Assembly: GCF_009914755.1 (NCBI RefSeq) | Contig: NC_060932.1 | Origin: the human T2T-CHM13v2.0 reference genome, Homo sapiens | Length of the DNA: 64,000 bases | Strand: one strand, 5' to 3' | Shown: piece by piece, positions 32,925 through 49,848 of the stretch | How the letters are laid out: the number at the start of each line of letters is the position of its first letter | How positions within the stretch are numbered: the stretch's first letter is position 1 | Translations under genes and position numbers: made by a program | The notes under the pieces: generated by a model | Told to the model about the DNA's origin: nothing | Database searches by the model: none | What the model saw: the letters and a program-made list of their open reading frames with translations, nothing else

Positions 32925-33092
32925 AGCTCTCAAAATGTAGGTGCCACCTACAATAGAATCACCTGAAGCATGTGTTAAAATGCAGATTCCTGGGCATCAC
33001 TCCAGACCTCCTGGAAGTAAAGCCTGGGAATCTGCATTTTAATAAGCATCTCAGACAACTTTTATGTTTACTAAAGATTGAGAACCACTATT
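32925..33092. mobile_element. MER5A-like hAT MITE
   Basis: Internal inverted repeat AAAATGCAGATTCCTGGG / CCTGGGAATCTGCATTTT; end TTGAGAACCACT. Confidence 0.85.
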
Positions 33093-33379
33093 GCAGAAAG
33101 CAGAGAGCCATCCCAAGTTCTGAAATGGAAAAAGACCCCCCAGTAAGTTAGTTTAATCTGATGTTTTTCTTCCATTGGATGGAAGGGAAGATCTCCATGA
33201 CATGAGGTGTCCCAAGTGTGCTCATTTAGTCCTTTATGGCATTGCAGGGACAATGTATGGGTACCAGGATCGCAGTGGTTAGTACGCAGTGGTTAGTGAC
33301 CAACTTCAGGAGGTAGGAGAGAGGAACAAAACTAGAAACAGTATACCTGATCATCAAAGCCAGAAGGGCTAAGTCAACC

Positions 33380-33760
33380 ATTGTATATACACCACACCAA
33401 GAAAACAACACAATAGTTTAAAAGAAAGGAATGAATACATGTATATTATATACATGTATTTCCAGGAAATATTGTTGATTGAAAGAAGCAAGTGGCCAAG
33501 CAAAACAGATAGTATAATCTTCCTTTTTGTAAAACAAACACAGGTACATACACACAAAGTGATGTCCCAAAGTGCACATGCATGTATGTAAATGCACACA
33601 AAATGTTTTCAGAAGGATCCTCAATGCACGGATGATAACAGTGACCTCTGGGAGTGGGGAGACCTGGGAAGAATGATCAAGGGGACCTCAGACTCATCCT
33701 AACATTCCATTTTCATAAGGAGAATGTATTTGGGTACTACTATATAATTAAAAATTAATT
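33380..33760 (+). mobile_element. L1ME-like 3' fragment
   Basis: AATATTGTTGATTGAAAGAAGCAAG; AACAGTGACCTCTGGGAGTGGG. Confidence 0.55.
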
Positions 33761-34749
33761 TTGAGACAAGATCACAGATCAAAACAGATCCGGTCTGAAA
33801 ACAAATTCAGCCCACTTCCCAGTTTTTCTCCTAAGGTAGCATTGACCAAGCTCCCACATACGTCCCACCTCAATCAAGTCAGAGCTAGAGATCAGGCCAG
33901 ACTATACCAGGGCCTTCTGCCTCCCAATAATCCAGGGCCAAGCTGAAGCTACTAATCTGAATAAACACAAGAAATAGAAGATTCTTAAGTGCACCATCCC
34001 ATTCTACACAGGATTTTCTCTGTAACCAGCATGAAATCGTCCTCATGTGCTGAAGTGCAGCTGTTGCTGAGCAACCTAGCAGGAAGAATTTTCACTGCAG
34101 CAAAAGCTTTATGGCTTTGGAAAAAGGAGAGCATGACCACTCCACTGAGATAATAAAGAACGAAAAGCCCAAGTATGCATTTTTCCCTCATATGTTTTAA
34201 GTTCTGTCTCTAGTATCACGGAACTGGAAAGATATTCTGCTAGGAATAGCTCATGGAGAAGCAGGTCTTCCATTGGGATTTGCACCAGGGGATATAGCAA
34301 TATAAATAGCAAGGTAACACTTAATTTTCTCTGTGCAACCATCATTAATTCATGCAGTACCCCTTAGAAATGCCCATAGTCAACTGAAGAAAACCTGTTG
34401 AAGTCACACACGAGAAACTGCCTAGAAGGCAAACTTTGTTGTTAAATTGAATTAAGTGTTTTATGTGTCACTTTTTGAAAAATAAACTCCATGACACATT
34501 TACCAGACCAGAAACTGCAGAAACACTTAAGGTGTTGCCCTCTCCCAACTGAAACTAATGCATGTCTTCATTCTTCTATCGCAGTATGTTTTCCATTGAA
34601 AGATCACAGAATGGATTATTTAAGGTAAATACGGGTTATCATAAAATGGGTCAAATAATGCTGTCTAGTCAGTGATGCCCAAGGCAGAGTAGCAATGCCC
34701 AATGAGCCCCCAGGGGTGACACATTACTTTGCAAATTCTGTTCTCTCTG

Positions 34750-34760
34750 GTGACTCAGCA
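34750..34760 (+). promoter_or_regulatory. Consensus ARE/AP-1 site (GTGACTCAGCA)
   Basis: Exact match to the NFE2L2-sMaf consensus RTGACTCAGCA in repeat-poor DNA; motif match only. Confidence 0.35.
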
Positions 34761-37166
34761 TGTCACTCAATGCTCGCAGAATTGTCAGCAGCATTCTATT
34801 TCCTCTTCTTACTCCTCTGCATGTTACGACAGAATGGAACAAAATAAAGCTTTAAACAAGAAACCATTTTGAGTTTTCCATTTTAAGTTATCTTAGTTCA
34901 TAGTTAAGATGGGTTTATAGATAAATATCAGGCTTCTCAACAGACATGTAATACAGTATAAAAGATGCAAACACTTTATACCAGATGGGGCACTAGTAAT
35001 CAAAAAAGGCAGCAATGAGAGTTCTAGTATTCAGGGTTGGGGTTGAGATGCAGAACAGTTGAGTACTTTAAAAGCAAGATCCACCTTGGTGATGAGATCG
35101 CAGACTTGGACTCAGTAAAGGTTTTGAAGCAAGATTTAAATTACATGAAAAAATTTCAGGTCAGTTTCGGGCTGCTGGAGCAAAGGTGGACTCCTCTGCT
35201 CAAGGAGCCTTGGAAGTCGTGATCTCCCTTTTGAAGGGTACTTCCTTAATAAATAAGCTATAAAGGAGAGTGTGGCTACAGAGAAGGGATATATAGAGAT
35301 ACCCTCCAACTTTTGCTTTACCTTTCCTCTAGGGAATATGTTGATAAACAACATTTATTAACTTGTGTAATAACTATCATAGAGCATCTACTGTGTAAGT
35401 GCTGAAGATATAAGTGTGTATTAAACACAACTCCTGTCTCTGGGGACTTTATGATCTATCGAGAGAAAAAAAGAACAAGTAAACAATGAGTGGTATGGTA
35501 GAAGTAGGCAGAGCTTGCTATAAGAGCTCAGAAAAGAGTCCTAAACCCATCTTGGGGCCCTGGGAAGAGGAAATGCCATGTAAGCAGATAAACTGAATTT
35601 AGGAATGCTTTCAGCTGCAAGTAACAGAAACTCTAACTTACAGCAGCTTTAACAAATAGTAAGAATTCTGGAGGTAAGTAGCTGCTACATTTGGTGAGAA
35701 GTTGACAATGTGTTGCAGGCCATCTTGTGTGTTTCTTGGCCTTTTTTTCATGTTTGTTGCCACATGGTCGAGAAAGGCTGCCCCAGTTCCAGGCATCACA
35801 CCAAGGAAGCATGGGAAAGAACTGAGTCAGCTATATCTGTCCCATTTTCATCAGGTTAATAAAAATCTTTCCCAGAAGCACCTCCCCAATAAATGTATTA
35901 ATATGATCTATGGCTCATAATAAGATTACATGACTTTCCTTAGCCACTGGGGAAATCTGGGGGTATAAACATTAAATAATTTAACTTCTAGAGTGGGAGA
36001 TGGCAATGGGAGATGGTGACTTTATGCATGAACAATGACTGCCACAAACAAACAGCTATCAGTCAGAAAAAAAGTATAGGTATGTCAAGCAAAGACAGCA
36101 ATGTGTGCAAAGGTCTGAAAATGACAGACAGTGTAATACAACCTGGGAAATAAATGTATTTCCAAGTAGTTCAAGGTAAGGTGCAAATAGAGGCGGCAGT
36201 GTGGGATAGGGCTGGAGAGGCAGTATTCTGGACTTTATCTTGAGAACAATAGGAGATATTTAAAAAGTTTCAAATCAGGAAAAGTCATAATTAGGTGTTT
36301 GATGTTTTTAGTGTATTATTTAGAAAGTTTATTTCAAACTTCAAAGTGGGTTAAACAATAAAATAGATACATTGCTTCATGTAAAAATCCAGAGATAGAA
36401 TAGGCTGAGGCACAGTTCTATCAGGGATCAAACTCAATTTCTCTATAATAGTCTTGGTTCTGCCACGCTCTGTGAATTGGCTTCATCTCAGGCCGGCTTT
36501 CTTCAAGGACTCAAGGACTGTGACGAGTATCTACAGCTATATGCAAACTCACTCAAATGTGGCAGAAAGAGATGACTACCCCTTCCCACAGCCAAAGGTT
36601 TGATGTTCATCACATCTACCCACAGCAACACCTAGATTAGCGTTTAATGAAGAAACTGGGTACTGTAGCCTGATCAAGTTGACACACAAAACTGTCTGTC
36701 TCCCCTGCAACAGGAAAGAGTAACTAACACACTTTTCTCTAGTACCAAGATTCTTTTTGTCCCTCACTTTGGAAATGGCTAGAAAAGCCAAGTTATTTAC
36801 CATAAGCAATCTGAAACATTCCCTTAATGAACCTTCCCCTGTGTGTGTACAGTGTGAGGCCAAGGAAGAAAGAAAAGGATTGGATCTAGCCTTTCACAGG
36901 GAGGGTTTACTGCAGAATCAGAACAAGACAGAGGCTATCAGATGGAAGGAAGTCCACTTATGGGCAGAGATATGTTATTCCTGCATATCGGGTTAGTAAA
37001 GATCTGTTCAAATATTAACACTCATTCTACAGATAGGAATGTAAAATAGTAAACTTTTTAAAAAAACCAAGTCAATGCTATGTATTGAAAACTTTTGGCA
37101 TGGTTCACACCACTTAACTCATCAAATACTCCTAGCGTTCTATTTCAAAAAATAATCACAGATTCA

Positions 37167-37948
<782 letters not shown>

Positions 37949-37963
37949 TTATAAAATTAGAAT

Positions 37964-41543
<3,580 letters not shown>

Positions 41544-41549
41544 TCACAT

Positions 41550-41736
41550 CTGGGCTGCAAGGAGAGGGGAATGGGGAGTAGTTTAATGGGTACAGTCAGT
41601 TTTGAAAGATGAAACATTTCTGGAGATTGGTTGCAGAACAATGTGAATGTACCTAATGCTATTGAACCATATACTTAAAAATGGTTAAGATGGTAATTTT
41701 ATGTTATATGCTTTTTAACCACAATTAAAATAAAAT
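41550..41736 (+). mobile_element. L1MB-like 3' end fragment
   Basis: GTTTAATGGGTACAG..ACTTAAAAATGGTTAAGATGGTAATTTTATGTTATATG. Confidence 0.75.
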
Positions 41737-42669
41737 CTTTTCAAAAACACACAAAAAAGGAAATATTTATCATATTAAGTGAAAGGAGGATACAAAACTG
41801 CAAATATATAATTCAAGTTTTACAAATAAAATAAACAGAAAGGAAATATGTTAAAATCTTAATAATATCTCAGGTTTGTGTGTTTGTAAATTATTTTAAT
41901 TTTCTTCTTTATTTCTGTCTCTGTTATTTTAATTTTTAGCAATGAGAAAAATAGTAGCTAGTGTTTATGAAGCTGTATGTTTTTACATTATCTCAGTTAA
42001 TCCTCACAACAATCCTATGAGGTGGTGACTATTAAAATACTCATTTGACACATAAGAGACAGTAGTAACATCCAAAATTGCACAGCTAATATGTGACTGG
42101 ACTAGAATTTGAACTTAGGTCTGTATGAATGTGGAATGTACACTTTCTAGGATTTTTATAGTCATAACACTAATGAACGTACAATATGGACTATTATTTG
42201 GCATTGTTTGGGTTATTTGTGAATGTGAAGGTCAACGTAAATACATATTGTTTAGCCTACATCAAATAGGCTGGATCAGAACAAGTGCTGGTAATAGCCC
42301 AGACACCAAAAATGAGTTTGGATAAAAATGCTTCAGCTAGGATTTGCAATGATTATGGATACACTGGGTTAGTGCTAAAGCCTCAGGGAAACCCAAGAGA
42401 CATTGAACAGACCTGAAGATTTTGTGGTGCAAAACTAATGGTCAGGAGGCTTATGAGATTGTCTGGCAGAAAAGATATGGGTGGAAATAGCTTTACTGGG
42501 GTCAGGAGTGGAGACATGGGAAATAGCTTTTAATGTGGGATGTCAGAAACACAGCCTCTGGATTTAAGTCCCAGCTCACTCACTCTTTCTTACTAGCTAG
42601 GTATCCATTAGGCAAGTTAATTATCTTCTCTGCTCATCAGCTTTTCTATCTGTAGAATGGGAAGTCATA

Positions 42670-43034
42670 TTTTATCTTAGTCTGTTCAGGCTGCCATAAC
42701 AAAATACCATGGAGTGGGTGACTTATAAACAACAGAAATTTATTTCTCACAGTTCTGGAGGATGGGAAGTCCAAGATCAAGGTGCCAGTAGACTTGGTAT
42801 CTGGTGAGGGCTTGTTTCCTGATTTATACACAGTGCCTTTGTGCTGGTTCCCCACCTGGAAAAGACAAACAAGCTCCCTCAGGTCTTTTTTATAAGTGCA
42901 CTAATCTTATTCATGAGGGATCTGCCTTAGGACCTAATTGCCTCCCAAAAGGCCTCACCTCCTAACACCATCACCTTGGGGTTAGGATTTCTACATATGA
43001 ATTTAGAGGGGACACAAACATTCACACCATAGCA
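42670..43034 (-). mobile_element. MLT1A-like LTR inside a MIR
   Basis: TCTTAGTCTGTTCAGGCTGCCATAACAAAATACC...CATTCACACCATAGCA; MIR resumes CCTCATAGGG. Confidence 0.88.
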
Positions 43035-43230
43035 CACCTCATAGGGTTTTTTGAGGTTTAAATAATCTTTTTAATGCATCTAGCATTGTACCTGATGATT
43101 ACGATATCAACTAATTTTAGCTATTGTAATTATTTCTCTTAATCTCACTGTTTTAGTTGTCAATCACAAAGTATGACCAGTCAACTTTTAGTTGTTACAT
43201 TATTTCACCTTTCCTTTAAGCAACTAATAA

Positions 43231-43390
43231 ACAGTGGTGTAACATTCAGGGACAAGCCTGATTTGTAACATTTGAGCTTTATCTGCAGTGTAAATATTCC
43301 TGAAGTGGTAGGTTTAATGACTGGCTCTCATAATTCCCAAATATTTAATAAATCAGCTCTCACAGGATGGTGCAAGCTAGCTCCAGATGG
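43231..43390. mobile_element. MER63-like hAT-Blackjack relic
   Basis: AAGCCTGATTTGTAACATTTG; ACTGGCTCTCATAATTCCCAAATATTTAA. Confidence 0.5.
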
Positions 43391-43454
43391 CTCTGGAACT
43401 ACCATCTTATTTCCTCTGCCAAGGTTTTCCCATATCAAACATTCATGACCAATA

Positions 43455-43628
43455 ATGGCCACATAATTTCCTGGCCCTCATTAAAATAAAATTTAAAATA
43501 TGAGTCCCTTGTTCAAAAATCACTAAGAATTTTAAGATGGTGACCGCAGAGCATTAAACCAAATTCGGGACCCCTGTGAGCCTGGGACCTATGCAACAGC
43601 ACAGCTCGTACACCTGTGAAGCTGACCT
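43455..43628. mobile_element. MER45A-like hAT-Tip100 element
   Basis: CCCTTGTTCAAAAATCACTAAGAATTTTAAGATGGTGACCGCAGAGCATTAAACCAA. Confidence 0.7.
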
Positions 43629-43648
43629 TCTTCATGACTTTGCTAATG

Positions 43649-43714
43649 TCATGACTACCTTCACACCACTTCATGACTACCTTCACACCACTTCATGACT
43701 ACCTTCACACCACT
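43649..43714. repeat. Perfect tandem repeat, 3 x 22 bp
   Basis: TCATGACTACCTTCACACCACT at 43649, 43671 and 43693. Confidence 0.95.
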
Positions 43715-45959
43715 ACATTTTTTAAGGGCTATAGGCCATGGGTAGTTCTAAGGGATTCAACTTCCATATCTCAATGTCCACTTTTCTAAAACTGATTTGT
43801 CAGGGAAGGCCCCCATGGTAGAAGTCATCCTTTCCCACCTTCCCTTTCATGAACATTTTTTGGCTCATTTCAAAACAATCTTACCTCTTACCTATCCAGC
43901 ATCTAATCATGCTGTATAACCCAAAACTGTTAAAATAAAGAGATAGTCAGACAGTTATTTTAACCAGGGCGCCGTAAGTATACAATAGAGTCAACTCATT
44001 AAAAGTTGTATTTCTAAAGAATATTTGCTTTTGTTTGTTTTATTAAATTTTTAAAGTTATTAAATTATTTGTATTGTTTTGATTTAACTGCAATAATGCC
44101 TATAATGATAATCCAATATAAAAGGTCTTTTTTAAAAAAACACTTAACGCCTTTTATTCATAGGAACAAAATACACATAATGTTGCAGAGAAATACAATA
44201 GGGTGATCAACAGAAAACTTTCAAGCATAAAAGTATATGACATTAAGATAAAGTTATTAGAGAAAAGAAAAGAGATACAAGTTCTAGGAGAGAAAAGAAT
44301 GATGTAAAATATTTGACTGATATAGAAGAACCTATTTATGCATTTTTAAATGGGTCATGATTCCATTGGATTATATGCCTCTGGTTTCATCAAAATGAGT
44401 GATACATCAGTTTCTGCTAATTGTCAATACATATAAAAGGCTAGTAACTATTTAAATGCTAGAATTGTTTGATGTTTCCAATTCAGTTAATGGGGATACA
44501 AATAAAATGTTGAAGACTGATGCTCAAATTGAAAAACTCTGATCCAAGAGATGTAAAGGGAATTTGCTGCAATAAAAAGAAGCTGATAAGCAGGACATCT
44601 ACCAACAGTACATCAACAACACAAATTAAAGTGACCTTTATTCAGCACAAGAAGATCACATTTAACAAAGTTCAAGAGGTGAAGAAGGGCCAAAAGGCAT
44701 CAGTACCTTCCAATGAATGGTAACCCCAGTCGCTACAGAATTTCCAGGTATCCAGCAGTTGGCATCCTTCATCTCATGTTTCTCCATGAAAGATTGCCCT
44801 TATTTAAAGTTTCCAACACTTCAGTCTTTAGCCTATCACCTTAATAAATTTTTCACTGTGTACTGCTAATTTACTTCATGTTTTCTCAAAAATAACACAT
44901 TTATAAAATTTTAGATTTACACCGAGGAATTATATCCTTAAAATAACACATTTGATGTGCTTATACATCTAATAATACTAAAATACTCAAACTTGAAAAA
45001 ATAAAAGTTCTCACACTGTGCCAATTAAACTCATTTTGTGTTCTCACTGCTGAACCTATCAGAAACCACCATCCTGACTGAGCCTGCTGGTGGGCTAAGC
45101 CTTTGATCTTCCAAAAACTGGTGGATATAACTATTTGATTATTTAGGGAGGAGTTAGGCTCTCTCTTCAACCTGAAGGACTTGAGTCTGTCTCCAGGCTA
45201 GAGAATGTGTCTGGTTACAGGAATTCCCAACAGTGACCAAGAATGTCATTTTTTCTCTCTCAACAAAGAGGTAAAATGATATCATTCACAAGCTTCATGT
45301 AATGCATATTATTTGTCACTGTGCAATGAAAATAGGCAAATGACCTGTTACAAAACTGTTGGAACTCTTATAACCAAACCAGCTGAACTTTAATAACACC
45401 AGAATAAGGAATGGAAAAAGCTCCCAAACATTTATTTAGCAATATTTGGGTCTGAGTCAATCAAATAAGAAAATAATTTGCATATAGCCAAAAGTTTGGC
45501 TGTGGCTTTAGGCTTTTACAACTCAAAAAGAAAGAAAGAAAAACAGAGAGATAAGCAAGGTAGTAAAGAAATAGGAAATGGGAGATATGCTAGATTTCAT
45601 GACTCTATGGAAAATTTATTAGAAATTATTAGGTCTAGAAAGTTATTTCTTTACATAGGTATTTTCTTCCTATTTACTACTACACCACCAAATAGCTTGT
45701 CCAAAAAATTTGAGACAGTCTATTCAATAAATAAATGTGTAGATAGATAGATAGATATTAATAAGACACAGATAAGTAAATAAATCTTGGAAAGGGGAAA
45801 TAAGGGTAATGAAAATAAAACCAGGATTTAATTCAGTATATTTAATACATCTCATCAAGTGCTTCACACTTGCTAGAAATAGGCTATGACTTTGGCTTCA
45901 GAAGCCTAGCAGCCAATACAGAAAAGAAACCTCAGTCGGGGAAAATGTATCAATCTCAT

Positions 45960-46110
45960 GGAGGAACTTGCAGTTAGAAAAGACTATATTTGAATCCCAG
46001 TTCTAACCAGCTGTGCGGCCTTGAGTGCAAGTCATTGAACATTCTAAGTCTCAGTTTCCTCTTCTATATAATGGGAATGATAATACCTGACTCTCAGAGC
46101 TGTCAACTAT
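45960..46110 (+). mobile_element. MIR
   Basis: TTTGAATCCCAG..TCTCAGTTTCCTCTTCTATATAATGGGAATGATAATACCT. Confidence 0.8.
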
Positions 46111-46488
46111 ACAAGTCAACTCTCCAGCAGAACACCTTACATTCAGCAAATGTTTAATATGAGTCATCAGTTAAACAGTTCACACTATCAATAGAATAAA
46201 AATTAAACCAGTTGCTGGGGACCAGCTAGCAAATAGCTAACCGACTAGTACCAGCAGCAATCCAATGAGACTCAAGTAAGGAGAGGAAAAAGATCCTACA
46301 CACTTTAGCAATGCTGGAGGTTTGAATCAGTTACTGTAAACAGTAAAATAATTTACACATGGACACAAATTCGGCAGTGATTTTAGGCTTCAACATGCAG
46401 CATATGGGCTTGGTTGTGTGCATGCATGTGTGTGTGCCCACGTGTACGTGTTATACTATTGTTTTTAATTTAGTAGTCCCTTGACTAA

Positions 46489-46920
<432 letters not shown>

Positions 46921-47969
46921 TTCCTTTTTCTTTCTTCTTTTTTTTTTTTTACAAGTAAACTGGGCTTCCTGGCTCTGCATTCCTCTCTCCCACCTTCTCA
47001 TCCATCAATGGAGGCTGTGAACTTTCTCTAGCAGAAAAGGCAAGTGGGTCCATTGGACAAGACTAACATAATTTTAATGAGTCAACCAGTGAGAAGTGCT
47101 GGACTCACTAACCAGGTGGCGGATTTCTCTACTCGATCTCCCAGACTTCATGCACACCAGCCCCTTTTGGCCCAGTCACATCTTTCAGCTCCAGATGTAC
47201 TGGGATCCCAGTCAGCAGGCTCATGCCTCTCATTCTACCTCTGAAATCCTCAATTGCTGAGCCATGATGATTTTTCCACACCTCACCCCAGGGTGTGTCA
47301 GCACACAAAGCCAGAGAGTTTGAAATCTTTTGAGCTCATTAAAATAGATGTGCAACTGGGGTCTACTAACCCTGCTCTCCAGTGTCCACAACTCTGGCTC
47401 CCCACACCCTACTGTCCCCTAAACTCACAGCACAACTAGATCCCATTAATAAGGGCACACTAGCTGTCCCTAAAGGTCTGGAAACAATAAGGTCATGCTC
47501 ATTCCCACTTGAGCCTGGTTTGACCTGCAGTGGAGCCATAGCCCATGCAGCCTCCCACCTTAGCACTCCCTGGAGGCCATAAAAGACACCAATTAGAGCC
47601 AAATCACACTTTCCCATAGGGGCCAACGTTTTCATATTTCTCAGGAAACGTATTATTTTTATCCAAAACTGATATGAAATACTCCAAAAAAGAAACTTTT
47701 AAATGTATGATCAGAAAAGTAGAAGTAGAAAACAACTAAATGTCCTTTACTAGGAAACATAGTACTCCTTGGGAAAGAGACAGATTTGATGGGGGAGGGA
47801 ATCTCTGGAGCTCAGATAACAGCAGCATGGAAGGAATATATTTTTATTATCAGAGAAGTTAGAAAACAGTAGGGGAAACCCAGTTAGCCAAACTTGACAA
47901 AAAAGCACATCACATCAGTCAACAGCAAGATTTGAATGCCTGCCAAGCATGGCTCGTGATTAGACAGGG

Positions 47970-48200
47970 AAAACAGCATCTGGCTTAAGACCTTGAGTTT
48001 TGGTGTCAAGTTGATTTGGGGATCATGTTCTGGGTTCTTACTGACGGTTGTTAACCTGGCTCTCCCACCTACTAGCTGCAGGACTTGGGATAAGTAACTC
48101 AGTAACTTAAACCTTAGTCTCTTCTTCTGTAAAGTGGGGCTAATCATATCTCTTCCATAAAACTGCTGTGAGTTTAAATAACTTATTAATGTGCAGAGAC
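47970..48200 (+). mobile_element. MIR
   Basis: TACTAGCTGCAGGACTTGGG..CTTAGTCTCTTCTTCTGTAAAGTGGGGCTAATC. Confidence 0.7.
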
Positions 48201-49407
48201 AAGGGTTGGCCAACAAATATTTACAAGTGCCTGTTACGATCTAGACAGTTGTATAAGAAATAGTTACTGCTCTCTCTCAAACAGCGCATAGTCTAAAGAA
48301 GAAGAAAAGGGCAAATGCCTACTTATAATATAATGCAATACCTGTTCTAACTGAGGTTGGACAGACTGCTTTGGGAGCACAGAACAAAGGACATTTTCCT
48401 AGTGGAGTCAGACGCAGATGCCGGTTGTCTGATCCCAGCGCCCCCTGTTTTCAGCATCATGTCCTACTGAAGGAGTCCTTGAGCACCAAAGGGCCTGATG
48501 ATCAGTCTGGCTCCCCACCTTGCATTCAGTGTGAAAAGATTCCAAACACAACTGGCCACCTTAGGCCACCCTGTTGGACCCACTGAAACCAGTCATATCT
48601 GTATCTATGCTCTTTTCAAAGACTATCATAAAACAGATCCTCTCTCAAAGGACTTCAGCCACTTTTATTTTCTTGAGGGCCTTTGAGTCCACTCCACATC
48701 AGAGTCCTTCAGCTGCACAGCAATTCTTCCATCAGAAGCTTCCCGTAAGGACAGAAATGTCAAAATCAATTTTCTTGAAAAGAAACAAAAGTGACTTTTT
48801 TTCCCCAAATTGTCTTTGTGGTAAAATTTATGAGAGTAGAAACATATCCCAAGGGGCGCAATGGAAGGCTCATTTGAAGGATTATTTTAATCTGAACTGG
48901 AGAAAGCCCTGGAGAAATCAGTACCAAAAACTCTACTGATCCCCAAGGGACAGACTAGATGTCTGAATGTTTCCGCATTTCTAACAGCTACCGTTCTTTT
49001 GTAAAGTGCTTGTTGTATCTCACAACTAGTGGGTTGGCAAGGTGTTTTAACAGGAAAACTGAAATAGCTGGAGTCACGGACAGACGCTGGCACAACATAT
49101 TGCAGAGAGCTCCGTGATGGGAGAGGCATGCCCAGGTGCCAGGGATTCTTGGAGAGGCCCAGAGCCCCATTTAGCTGTCTGGAGCTACAAGGAATGCTAA
49201 AATCTTACTGAACCATATCTGAGAGCATGGCCCACTTTAACTCAGATCACTACACAGAGCTCATTACAGAGTGGTCAAAATGTGATCTGCACCCTTTTCC
49301 ACAAAAGAAGACAAAGTTCTGAAGTAAAAATTAGAAAACACTCTCCCTCATTCTGTCACTACCCCCACTAAATAAGAGTTGAACAGGATTTAAAGGTTGT
49401 CAGCTTA

Positions 49408-49848
49408 GCCAGGCACAGTGGCAAGTACCCATAGTCCTAGCTACTCCAGAGGCTGAGGCAAGAGGATGGCTTAAGTGCAGGAGTTCAAGTCCAGCCTGGG
49501 CAACATAGCAAGACCCATCTCCAAAAAAACAGAAAGAAAGAAAGAAATTGTTGGCTGGGCACAGTGACTCATGCCTGTAATCCCAGCACTTTGAGAGGCC
49601 GAGGCAGGTGGAATGCTTAAGCTCAGGGGTTTGACAGCAACCTGGGCAACATGGCAAAACCCCATCTATACAGAAAATACAAAAATTAGCCAGACATGGT
49701 GGCACACGTCTGTGGTCCCAGGTATTCAAGAGACTGAGGTGGGAGGATCACTTGATCCAGGGAGGCAGAGGTTGCAGAAACCCGAGATGGCACCACTGAT
49801 GTCCAGCTTGGGCAACAGAGCAAGACCCTGTGTTTAAAAACAGAAAAA
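49408..49848 (+). mobile_element. FLAM-like monomer followed by an AluJ dimer
   Basis: Monomer 49408-~49550, dimer ~49553-49848; degenerate flanks AAAGGTTGTCAGCTTA / AAAGATTTTCGGCTTA. Confidence 0.85.

Noticed and set aside
43960-44480. Possible Charlie-type DNA transposon relic
   Set aside because: Resemblance only; I could not fix the family or termini
44500-44780. Possible terminal exon or retrocopy (minus-strand AATAAA near 44640)
   Set aside because: No poly-A remnant, TSD, recognisable protein or clear acceptor
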